Shown here: one piece after another, positions 25,470 through 35,940 of the stretch | Layout of the letters: each line of letters begins with the position of its first letter | Position numbering within the stretch: position 1 is the stretch's first letter | NCBI GenBank assembly: GCA_964036045.1 | Contig: OZ038379.1 | Span: 65,534,001 to 65,598,000 of the forward strand | DNA: 64,000 nt | Direction of reading: 5' to 3' | Source: Eutreptiella sp. 'Long Island Sound 2002' | Taxonomy: Eukaryota; Protista; Euglenida | Position numbers and translations under genes: made by a program | The notes under the pieces: model-generated | What the model was told of the DNA's origin: nothing | The model's input: the letters and a program-made list of their open reading frames with translations, nothing else | The model's database searches: none

Positions 25470-25855
25470 GCGAGAACGTGCAGCTCCCGTGCCCGTGTTC
25501 GTGCCCATGCCCGTGCCATGATCAACCCTCGTGAGAGGCCACCGGGTGGGGGGGCCGGTGGCTGTCCGATGCCCATATCACCAAGTTTGCAAATGCAGCA
25601 CGCTGGGACGTTGAGCAGCCAGACCCACGTGCCTGGGTCCCTGGGATCAGCCCCCGGCAAAGCTCAAGATATCCATCCATCCATCCATCCCCCCCCCCCC
25701 AATGCCCCCAAGAAAAGACCCCGCCACTTCGAGAGTAGCCACGAAGAGGTGCCCCCCCCCCCCAAGGGCAGCCCAGCAAGCCGAAGGCCAGGGAGGCCCC
25801 AGGCCAAGGGCAAGGGCAAAGCCACCCCCCCCCCCCAAACCCCAAGCCCCCCCCC

Positions 25856-26308
25856 TTGCAAGAAAGGGGCCGGGACCCCTATGGCAATGTGCCGGATGTG
25901 GGGGACACCCGGTATGTCCCTTGGGCGGAGGCGGGCAATGGGGGTACCGTTAGCGAAGTGACGATGTTGGGGGATTGGAATGAGGAGTTGGACACGGGGA
26001 ACTGGTGGGTGGTGTCGCAGGGGTCCAATGGGGAGGGGGGCGGAGGGAAGAAGGGGAAGAAGGGGAAGAAGAGGAAGCGGGGGAAAGAGAGGGGCACCTT
26101 CCGGGTGCCGGGAGAGCTTCTCTTCCGCACCCGGGAGGAAGCGGAGGCCCACCTCCGGGTGGCCTTTGGGGCCTGGGACGACGGGCGCGACGGGGATGAC
26201 GGGAATGACGAGGGGCACGAGGGTGGTGACAAGGGGGAGGGGGGTGACAAGGGGGGTGAGGTGGGGGGTGACAAGGGGGGTGAGAAGGAAATGGACAGGG
26301 GGGGCTGA
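25856..26308 (+). pseudogene. Family C ORF2 C-terminal Tudor/KOW-like segment
   Basis: VGDTRYVPWAEAGNGGTVSEV...NWWVV...FRVPGELLFRTREEAEAH aligns with family A LGEQVYVP...VWVEH...RVERHLLYASH. Confidence 0.55.
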
Positions 26309-26412
26309 GAAGGGGGTTGCCGGGAGCAAGGATGAGCCCCGGCAACCCCCCAGCTCGCAGGAGGGGTAAGCTGCGTGTCGCGACTCGCGAATGGGGGCAT
26401 GGGGGGGCACAT

Positions 26413-26532
26413 GGGCTAATCGGGCTAACCGGGCTAATCGGGCTAACCCACCACCAAGTGACCCGGCGCCGGCTCGCCAAGTGACCTTCCATGTGACCTA
26501 TGGGGTGCGGTGGGGGGCTAACCGGGCTAACC
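26413..26532. repeat. GGGCTAA(T/C)C 9-bp tandem repeats
   Basis: Four copies at 26413-26448 and two at 26515-26532. Confidence 0.85.
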
Positions 26533-26889
26533 GGGGGATGGGGGGGGGGGAACCCGGCGCTCCGTGAGTCAGGTCCAGCATTGGGACCCTGTGATTGGCC
26601 ACGGCTGGCCATGGTAGCCGGTGCAGCTTCTCTTTGAGGAGTGGCGGAGCATTCATATATACTGTTCTAGCGGCGGTCTAGCGAACCGTTCTAGGGGCGT
26701 TCCAGCGACGCTCGCTAGAACGTCGCTAGAACGCCGCTAGAACGAAACATTTTTCGACTCAAAAATCAGGCGAAAACAGTGAAATTGTGAAAAAAAAAGT
26801 ATGGGCCGCCGAGTACGGATAGGGGGGTCTAGGTTAGACACCTCACCCCTCTTTTTCTATCCCCTCTAGCCGCTCTAGCCGGTTCTAGG

Positions 26890-26926
26890 CTAGAACGAGA
26901 TTGGGTATTGTAGCGTGTACCAGGGG
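26890..26926 (-). repeat. Family C right TIR
   Basis: Reverse complement CCCCTGGTACACGCTACAATACCCAATCTCGTTCTAG. Confidence 0.78.
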
Positions 26927-26932
26927 TAAGGG

Positions 26933-28850
26933 ATGTGCGAAGCAGAAGTTGAGGAGTCGGAGAGAAAACTAGCGAGTATGGGCACGGGGGAACATGGAGT
27001 GAAGGGAGAGGAAGGGTGGGCCGAGGTGTCGCCAGGCGTGGAGGGGCACCACGAGGTGAACAGTGTTGTTTTTGAGGCGCTAGAGGTCCACTCACTTGCA
27101 TGTCACTGAGCGGATGCGCGGGTTGTTGGTGTCAACTATTGCAGCCAAAGCTGCCACCTTCCCTTGGACAAGGGAGACGGTGGCCCCCCCTTGCCCTTGC
27201 ATGCTTGCATCCTGAAATCCCCCTACCCCGCCATCTACACCCTTCGTTGCCTGTTGCAAAACTTCATTTGGAAACAGTTGCACATCAAGCCTCAAGCCAT
27301 TGCCCGTGCCGCTGGGAGGATTGCGACGCACCACATCGGATTTCAGTGATGTGGGTGATAAGACCATGGTCGAGGTACCCAACACCCCTCCCCAATGACT
27401 CGTACCCTACTAACGCACCGGACACACGGCTTGACCACCTTAACACGGTGCGAGACAGTTCCTGGCACAAGGAGAAGATGCCGTGTGCGTAATTGCGGCA
27501 AGTCCGAGCCGCGCTGAAGGAGAACGTGGACATGCGAGTGCACGTATCCCCCTTTGCCGCAAGCCTTATGGGCCAATAGGGGCAGAAAACTGTGTTTCGT
27601 TCTCGCCTAGGACCTGTTCTGGCGAAGTTCTAGCAAGTTGTACTGCCGGTGATCCATTTTCTAGCGCTAATAATCCCTAGAACGTCGCCGGAAGGTTGCC
27701 GGAATAAGTTACTAGAAAGCCACCGGAACACATTCTTTTGGCTGTCCTTTTTGTAGGTCGAGTACATCCCGATTAACTGAGATGAGGCGCGAGCACAACG
27801 GTTCATCATGCAGCGACCGGGCTACGATCCCCGGCCCATCCATGTCACCACCGTGCTGCAGCAACTGCACGTGCAGCCAATTTCACCACTCGACGTGCTG
27901 ACTGCCTTGGCCGACCACTTGGCCTCCCGTACTAGCCTCCTCGAGACACAAGTGGAGGGATGGGGAAGCATCCACGACTTCTCCCCACACCCCGCTCACC
28001 GCCACCAACTTGTAGCCAAGGTCATTGGTGTCCCCCCCCAAGACCCCCACCTTGGTCCCAAAACCTGGCCCCTAGTCTAAAAGAAACTCCAAGCCCCAAG
28101 GCAAAACAAATTTCTACTCCCAAGAGAAAACAAACCCCACCCAAAACCCAAAGCCCCCCCCAACCCCCCCCAACACAAGAGGAAGAGGTTTCTAGGCGAG
28201 TCCTCCACGGAGCCCTCCTCAGAGTCCTCATCGGACACCTCCTACTACTCCTTCTCCCCCCTTACCTCGAACTTATCCGCTTGCTTCGTGGACTGGCCTG
28301 TGCGACGCAACAAGAACCCCGAGCCACCAAAACATAAGACCCACCCCCCTCTAACGCCCCAACAAGGCGCCCAAGCCCGGCCCAAAGACAGCCTGCTCGC
28401 CCCACCCCCACACCCACGTCCCCAACGGTAGACATCTCCACGGAGACCGCCCCGCCCAAACCCAAGCCCAAGGCCAACGCGAGAGGCGCGGAGGGGTGTT
28501 AGTACAAAGCAAGCAAAAACATTTATGTTGTTTTTTGCGACCAGGGGTTGTGGGGGATGGAGAACGGCAAGCAGGCCCTTGCCGCGGGTGTACACTCCCC
28601 AAAAAAGGGATGTGTGAGGTTTTCGGAGGACAATGAATTTTTTTGCGTGCCAAATGCCGCCCTGTGGCGGACCCGAAGGCAAGACGAAAAGTTCCTTGAG
28701 AAGAAGAACGAAGGAGAATGTGGCGGGTGAAGCGAGGGAGGGTGACGAGGATGAAGGGCGCGGAAGCCAACGGCTCGGACGCGGACGGGAATGGGGATGG
28801 GGATGGGGATGGGGCAGATGAAGGGGATGGGCCAAGGGTAGGTGCAAGTG
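26933..28850 (+). pseudogene. Family D ORF2 remnant (fourth related family; termini not found)
   Basis: ILKSPYPAIYTLRCLLQNF resembles A FLRAPWSLTLPCARQF. A TTCTAG/CTAGAA-rich intron ends TTTGTAG at 27756. The next exon is VEYIPIN...IHVTTVLQQLHVQP. NIYVVFCDQG...FCVPNAALWRTRRQ matches C FRVPGELLFRTREE. Confidence 0.55.
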
Positions 28851-29631
28851 CACCGGGGGCTAACCGAGATGACAGTATGAGGCTCTAGATCGCCGGGATG
28901 GAGGGTGACGGGGCGGAGGGTGACAGGGTGGTGGTCGGCAATTGAGAAGGGAGGTAAGTTCCGGGGCGCCCTGCGCCCCGCCGACCGCACACCACGCACA
29001 GTTATGGGAAGTACAACGAGACTATCCCCATGTCCCCTTGCTGGCACCCTAACTGGCGATGTATGCTTACTTACCCTGTATCTGCACTCTGCTTTTTGTG
29101 TCGCTTGCCTCTTCTAATGGTGTTCTGGTAATTTGTTGCGGCGGTTTTTGATGGTTTTCCGGCAAAAATTGTCTTTGAACGTAACTATTTTTCGCACAAC
29201 AACATGGAAGACAACAAGTGTGAACGTACTAGCGGGCTGCCCCTAGGCTAGCAAACAACACAATTTTCTAGCATGTATGGCTGTCCTTTGTTGGGGGGGG
29301 AACGAACTTTGACCGTTTTTTGTTCGGGCCATTTTGCTTTGAACACCGCAAGCATTTGGCTCGAACAACCTTCCAGTTCAAGCGCGAATCAATGGACAAG
29401 CCTGATGGTCATCTAATTTTGATTTTGTCACCCGATCTGAAGGTTTGGAGACCATCTAGATGGCAAGGGTTTTTTTTCCTTGCTCTATGGCTCCCAGCTC
29501 CAAGTAATGGTAACCCCGGGTACCTGTCTGAAACATAATGACGTTCAAAAAAGGAGCATTCAATATTGAAACTTTCACTTTCGAACTTTCAATTTCAAAC
29601 AGTTTTTTGAACCAAATTTTGTTTTTCGAAA

Positions 29632-29787
29632 TTTTTTCTTTGAGCTAATGGTACAGCATGATGCATGTTGTGCACCCCCGACGGTACACCCTAGTTTTTT
29701 CAACAAAAATTTATCTTTTGAACTTTTTTTTTTGAGCTAACAGTACAGCATAAGGCATGTTGTGCACCCCCGACGGTACACCTTAGT
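29632..29787. repeat. ~65-bp direct repeat pair in family B left subterminal region
   Basis: TTTGAGCTAA..GTACAGCAT..GCATGTTGTGCACCCCCGACGGTACACC.TAGT at ~29632 and ~29724. Confidence 0.85.
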
Positions 29788-29899
29788 GTGCTTCATTTGT
29801 TATGGGGGAGGTTTGTTTGATGATCCTTTGGTATTCGTGCCCTGTGCATACCGCTGTTTGTATAGCCCTTCAGTTTGTTGTTTCTTCTTTGGGGCCAGC

Positions 29900-31700
29900 A
29901 GTATGAGCGCGCGCACGGCACCGCTCCATGGGCGGGACGTGATTGCGGAGCTCCGGGCGACATTGGTTCGTCTGAGCGGGGCGGCCAACCTATGGGATGC
30001 ACGAGTCGGCCACGTATTGGCCCAATTGCGGGTATCCTCCCCTCATTGCAAGGCACGGTGGGAGCAAGCCACCGTGGAGGGTGGCCACAAAGTGGTCCGT
30101 GCGGCGGAGGACGCCGCCATACGGGAATACCCGGAGTCGTTGATCACTCCGCTTGGCCCCGTAGAACTTGTTGTGGCCTTGAAGGCCCCAAAGTCCCGCT
30201 TCCGTGCCCTGTCAGAGTTCTTCATCCGGCAGGGTCTACAGTATTCCTTGAAGACCGGACGGCCGCTTCCGCGGCCCATTTGTACCCAGGAGGCCTTGGA
30301 CGCGGACTAGCGCACTCGTTGTAACCCTCTCCACCGTCGGCCCCTGTCACCGCCGGTAGCCCGCCTTCGTCGGGCCGCTTGGGGCCCATCGCTTCTTGGG
30401 TCAATTACGTGCAATCGCGCAACGCTCTGCGCGATTGCATTGACTTGTCACACCCCCTCATGCTCATTATGCGGGGCAATGCGTTCCCATGCGTAGCGGA
30501 AAGCTGGAGGCATCGCGTGGGCCAACCAATGTGCCCGCGCCCGCCAACCATCGTACTGCTGGGTCATCGGAATGGCGGTATACGGTGACAAGGAGATGGC
30601 GCGACTTGGTGCCATATGGAAGGACAACCTGCAAGTATGGTTTGCACGAACACATAGGTATTTTGTTTCCCTATCTAGTCGTTCAAATTGCAATGTTCAA
30701 ATTTCCAAGCACATTCAAGAACGGGCAAAACTGCCCAAGTTCTATTTTTTGAACTTCAAAAAAACATTTTTGAACGTTCAAAATTAATATTTGTTTTCAC
30801 ATTTTGCACCACATCTGCGACACCGGCCGCTTTACGTGGGCCAACATGGAGCCTGCTGCCACCGTTCGCTGCGCCGGAGATAGCCCTTGGATCCGCCGCT
30901 CGGTTGGTGTCTCAATTGCCCCCCAAGTGGGGTCAATCTACAATGAGGCAATATGGGGTTCCACCACCAAGCGGTGGCGAGGTAGCCAACAGCCCCACAC
31001 CCTGCAACAGGATGCACACCACCACGTGCAATACTTGCTGCATGGCCATAGCCTGCAACATGCCGCTTGCGTCGGCAAGCCCCTGGCGCGTATGGCACGG
31101 CAACACATTTTCATGTGCATCCTGCACTGCATCATGGCAGTGGGCCGGTTGGTGGTGCAGTTCCTGGAAGCCCCATGCAGTGACCTGGATAAGGTATTGC
31201 GGGCTGGGGTGCAATCCGTTTTGGTTGGGGCACGCACCGGGATACGCCTCGGCTCTGCGGCCTCCCCATTTTGGGAGGAGGTGTACCGTCTGCTGCAGGC
31301 TTGGGGGCACGTATAGGAGGCGGACTGCCCCGACGCCACACACCGCGGTGGTTGCGCGGTACTGGAGATGCGGGAGCTGTTGTCGCAGCTATGCCGCACT
31401 TACCAGCATGGGCCGGCCCCGCATTGTCGTGGCCCAGCGAGCCACTTCCGGGAACACATGGCCGCCAAATTTGGGTCCTAGTACCTCCTATTTTCGGAGG
31501 GGGACTGCGATGATGTCTGGGCGGCACTACAACCCCACGGCATAGCCTTGGTGAGCCAGGCCTTTGTCGAATCGGTGAATAGGATTTTGAAGTTGGGTTA
31601 CAACGACCATTGGAGCGTGGGGGCGGCTGCGCGGTGCATCCCACACTCCGGGAGGCCCGTTTTGTGGCGCAAGTGTGGGAATGGTGGTTAGTATAATTCG
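29900..31700 (+). pseudogene. Family B DDE transposase, disrupted, intron from 30635
   Basis: LVRLSGAANL, AIREYPESL...GRPLPRPI, LIMRGNAFPC, AVYGDKEM, RCAGDSPWIRRSVG, FMCILHCIMAVGRL, YLLFSEGDCD, FVESVN, VWEWW. The intron donor (LQ|GTATGG) is at the same codon position as in family A. Confidence 0.75.
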
Positions 31701-31728
31701 ATCGATGAGTTGGGCTCAATGGGGTCCG

Positions 31729-33598
31729 TGGAGGACATCGGGGCGGCCCCATAAACCTGGATCCACGAGGTGGTGCCCACCGGCGCCCTCTCCAAGGTGG
31801 TCGCGGTGCCCTGCCTGCCCGCAGCTCTTCACAAGGAGCCACCTGCCCTAGACGCCCCACTGGGTCGGGGCCCCTTGAACGCCCCTTCACGCTGCAGTTT
31901 GTGTTGCAGTTCACGCTGCAGGGTGCCATCCAGCACGTGAAGCCCCCTAGGACCTGGTTGTGGGTGGAGTCCGAGGAGGGGGCTGGCTGGCGCTGGACAA
32001 TGGGCAAGCGGGCGGCTGCATTGCCTACAATGCTTGGCTCCTCGGGGTATTGGAGCGTCAGATTGGGGCAAGCTGAGCGGGTTTGTGCTGTATAACCCTG
32101 CCCAGGCCCACAGGTCTGCAAGCTGCCATCCGGGGACAACGTTGACGCGGCCCGAGACTAGGCGCCGCTTTTTCCGGGAGGCGGACGCCGTCGAGGAGGA
32201 GGCCCAGACACGGCAGGGCCAGTTCCGCGCCGGCGTGGCATCCCTGCGGGCACATGCCAGCAGCCAAGAAGTACGGGTTTGCCTACCCCCCCCCCCCCCC
32301 TGTGGTGTGCCCCGTAGTGCGCCAATTTAACTGTCGGTGACTTATGATAGGACGTTCAAAATTTGAAAGTTCAAATTCAAAAACGAGCAATCCTGGTACA
32401 ACTGTCGTTTTTGAAAGTTCAAAAAGGAAATTGAAAAAACCAAATCTGTACCTTTTTCCCTGCTGTGCCTGTCAATTTTTTTCAAGTGACCGACATCCAC
32501 GCGAAAGCCTCGCATGCGGCGGGCGTTCGTTTGGAGTACTAGCGGGCGGAAAGCGGCACCGAAGACGTGGTCGGCATTGGCGGCCTCTACCGCCTCCTCC
32601 TCAGTCTTTCGACCGCGGGCCTGCACGTCCTGCGCTGCCTCCCCGAATGGCAGCAGGGCCGCGAGCTCGGCGCCGCCGCAGCCATGGGTGCCGCTGGTGG
32701 AGGTTGGCAAGACCTCCAAACCCGCGGGCAAGGCGCCCCCCGCACCGGCCCCCGTGAAGGCGACAGAGAGCCCGCCGCCAGCCCCGCCAGCCCAACTCAA
32801 GTGTGCGTCCGACGACCAGGGGCGGGTGTGCGGGCAGAGCCGGCCCCGCCGGCCCCGCCCTTCCTCTTCCTCTTCGAGCTGGAGCTGCACCGAGAGCACA
32901 AGCGAGGTGGAGGGGGTCAACCCTGTCGCGCCCAAGCCGCCGCAAAAAAAACAGCGGCAAGCTGCAAGCGCAAGGGGAAGGCCACGCGGGAAGGGGGGGG
33001 GCAGGCAGCGCAAGAGGGGGTCAAAAAGGAGAAGGGGGCACAAGGGAGGGGGACCGCGGAGGGGAAGCCGCAGGGGGTTGAGGGCAAGGAAGGGGGGGGA
33101 GGGGCAGCCGTAGGTCCACCGGTTTGGGTGCCGTACCTACAAGGGGACGAGAAGGGGAAGGTGGTTGGGATCGTAAAGGGGGGCGGCAAAAGTAGGTGCG
33201 GTTCGGCAAAGGGGAGACACCGTACAATGTGGCGGCACATTGGTGCTTTGCCACTGAGGTGATTGCCACGCTGCGGTGGCCAAAGGCCACAGGGGCAAGG
33301 GGGGGGGGAAGGAACCCAGCAGCCCCCCCCCCCCCCACACACACAGGGAGACAAGGTGGCTAGCAAGACCCCAACCCCCCAACCGAAGGAGGCCTTCGCA
33401 GAGCCCACCATCGCGGGGCCCGACACCGGGTACGCGCCCGCGGATTCTGCCACCTTGTCCGTCCAAGAGGCCCATGACACCCAAAATCTTTGGGAGTCTG
33501 CCGAGTCCCACGAAGTCTCAGGGACAACCGGAGCCCATGGGGGTGTCCGCGGAGGATATCCATGTGACAATGGGGCTGCAACACGTCAAAGGCTGTGA
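31729..33598 (+). pseudogene. Family B ORF2
   Basis: Intron ~32271-32485. Exon VTDIHAKASHAAGVRLEY*...GIGGLYRLLL matches A AGVCIRYW...LSALYQLLL. Tudor-like VGPPVWVPYLQGDEKGKVVGIV at ~33110-33180. Confidence 0.62.
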
Positions 33599-34369
33599 TG
33601 TTTTGCATGTGTGTATGCTTACGCTATGGGAAGGTTGTTCAATTTTGAAAGTTCAAACGTCAAAAAACAGGTCAAAATCCTCTTTTGAAGCAATTCTGCT
33701 GGTTTTGGAACGACTTTTGCAACGATTGAAACATGTGACAAACACCACCACCGTCTCAAAAACACACGGGCATCCATTATCAATCACGAAAAACCGCCAC
33801 GGCAATAGGTCGCAAAATTGGTCAAAAGCACTATGCAAGTTTTGAAAAATAGCGTTCAAACGTCAAAAAACTCCGATTCCCTTGAACGTCGTTATCTTTT
33901 AGACAGGTTCTCGGGGAAGCGTTATGTTCCTAACGGCCCACTGGTGGGCCGCGCGTTATTTTGTCCCTGTGTGTGAAGCTTTGGGCATGTGCAAGTATAT
34001 GTATCCATCAAGACCCACAACAAATAGCCAGCTGCAAACAACAACGGGATCCACCATCACATGAAATAAGTGTACTTCCCATTCCGTGATTATCGCGAAT
34101 AGCGATGGTTTGATACCCAATACATACGTGCCCCAAATTGTTTTCATTATACAGGGTACACCCTTACCAAGATTGAATTCTCGGCCTGAGCTAGTGGGGG
34201 AACAAATATTGTTGCGGAGACTTCAACGGCAAATAAGCTGCACATTGCAATAGTAGATGAGAGCGGTACAAAAGGTGCTCCATATGAAGTGTATCGAGCC
34301 CTTTTAGCACGCAAGCTAACCTAGGATCATTCCGGAAAACCATGCTTTTCGACCTTTTTTTAGCACTTT

Positions 34370-34550
34370 CGGGTCCCATTTTGGCCCTTTTTCAAGGCCC
34401 TTTTTGTCTTCAGAGTGGCCAAAATAGCTCAACATGGGCTCCAAATGGGCATATCACACTTCTTTGTGCACCCCAAATAATCCAAAAGTATCTTTGGAAA
34501 ACACATTCTTGATCGATTATTGACCAATTTTTGGTCCCAAAACAACCCTA
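34370..34550. repeat. Diverged dispersed repeat, related to 36855-36990
   Basis: Shared blocks GGCCAAAAT, GCTC.AAATG, CTTT(T)GAAAA.AC.CATTCT, GACC.ATTTTGG. Confidence 0.4.
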
Positions 34551-35940
34551 AATAGAGGGCCAGGTAAGACATTTTCCAAGATTGCGTTTCAAATGACAAT
34601 TTTTCTTCGCATACACATGAAGCTTTCTCAACTACCTAAATCAACCCCCCATGTCAACTAATTTCAATAATGTTGCCAAATTTCGAATCGTGTTTGAAAA
34701 TGATTGATATCATATCCATTATTGGCCACTTTCACGTCGAATGAGACACGACGTTTCCCTACTTCTTCAATATTTGATGATTTCATTTTCTTCCTTTCAA
34801 TGGTCATCTGTGATGTGTGTTTGTATGGTGTCGTAACCAATTTTAAGCCTATGGTTTTTTTTCGTGAGTCGCGACATTTTTTTTACCCACCTTGTTCATT
34901 GATCTGAGGCACGTTCATGTGATCCATTGCCGTGAGTTGTCCACAAGCGATGCATCGTGCATTGTTACGTGTGGTTGTTGTTCAACCGGAATTTCAAGCT
35001 GCAGAGGAGTTGTTGCCAAGTTTTGCGAATGGTGGATCTGCTAGATTACTTGCCGTATGGGCGGTTGCCATGCGAACTAATAGACGAACTTGGAAGGATC
35101 TTAAGCCACTGCTCATGGTGTCCGCAAGAAGGCCCGCTTTTGCAATGTTTTCTCAAATCAATTCATCTGCCTTGGCGGACTTCTTTGAAGATTTGCCGCT
35201 CCCCAGATTCAATCACAAGCTGCACTAGTGGCAATCCCTTTGAGCCGGAGGACAGGCCGATTGTTGGCTCCAACAGTAGCTGTGGTTGCAGCCATGCTCA
35301 CACTACCAATAGAGCACGCCAGCAAGCCACATGGCTTTGGGAAAGCATGCAGAACCGCTAGACTTTGCTTTGGTATGACGATTGGGTGAACCGTTTCCGC
35401 GTCATGTCTCGTTGATGGATGCCGTTGAAAACATTGGAGCACGCGTGGAAGGTTTGCACGCACTCATGGATATTTGTTTCGGCGTGTTTATGCCTTGCCG
35501 GCTATCAACCAGCGGACATTTTGTCCCTGCAGCTCACTTGGAAATGCGAAGTGGAGGGTGGGTTGAGGCTCATATATGGCTAAGTCGTGTTTTTTAAGCG
35601 GGTGAACCTCAAAAGTTGCGGCTTTCAGGGGTTGCGAGGGGCTTTAGGATGTTCCAAAGTTGATGGCAATCTCTACTACAAGCGGGCTTTACAAGGGGGA
35701 TACTTTTTGACCGCTCACTGTGCTCTCACTTAGCTCTCACTTAGCTCTCACAGTGTGCGCCGTGCCCCCCCCAAAATGTTGCTCCCTGTCAACATTGACC
35801 AATTGAAGATGGAAACCATCAAACAATATTGGAGGCACATTGCCTAGCATGCAAAAAGCACAAGAAACGAGCGCAATGACACCGCTTAGTTTCGAGCTCA
35901 CTTGGCGCTCACCCAACTTCACATCACCACGTAGCCACTA

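Larger units (their letters stand above)
21857..26926 (+). mobile_element. Family C transposon derivative, copy 2 (left end not found)
   Basis: Contains a transposase fragment (21866-22133), a CTAGAAC intron to 22257, an ORF2 exon from 22258 and a Tudor-like ORF2 segment (25856-26308). Subterminal CTAGAAC arrays lie at 26660-26900, and the right TIR ends GTACCAGGGG at 26926. Confidence 0.7.
29514..33916 (+). mobile_element. Family B DNA transposon, complete (4.4 kb), CCCC...GGGG ends, 2-bp TSD (AA)
   Basis: 35-bp TIRs at 29514-29548 and 33882-33916 (30/35 match). Flanks are GGT-AA|...|AA-GCG. GTTCAAA/TTTGAAC arrays lie near both ends and in introns. Confidence 0.9.

Noticed and set aside
29200-29300. 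Right TIR of family D
   Set aside because: Has CTAG motifs and a G run but not the GAAC-19/20-GTAC-GGG layout.
30307-32542. Alternative genetic code (TAG read as Trp) suggested by TAG at conserved Trp positions
   Set aside because: Duplicate copies differ as TGG vs TAG (8586 vs 24067) and the same genes carry frameshifts, so these are mutations in pseudogenes.
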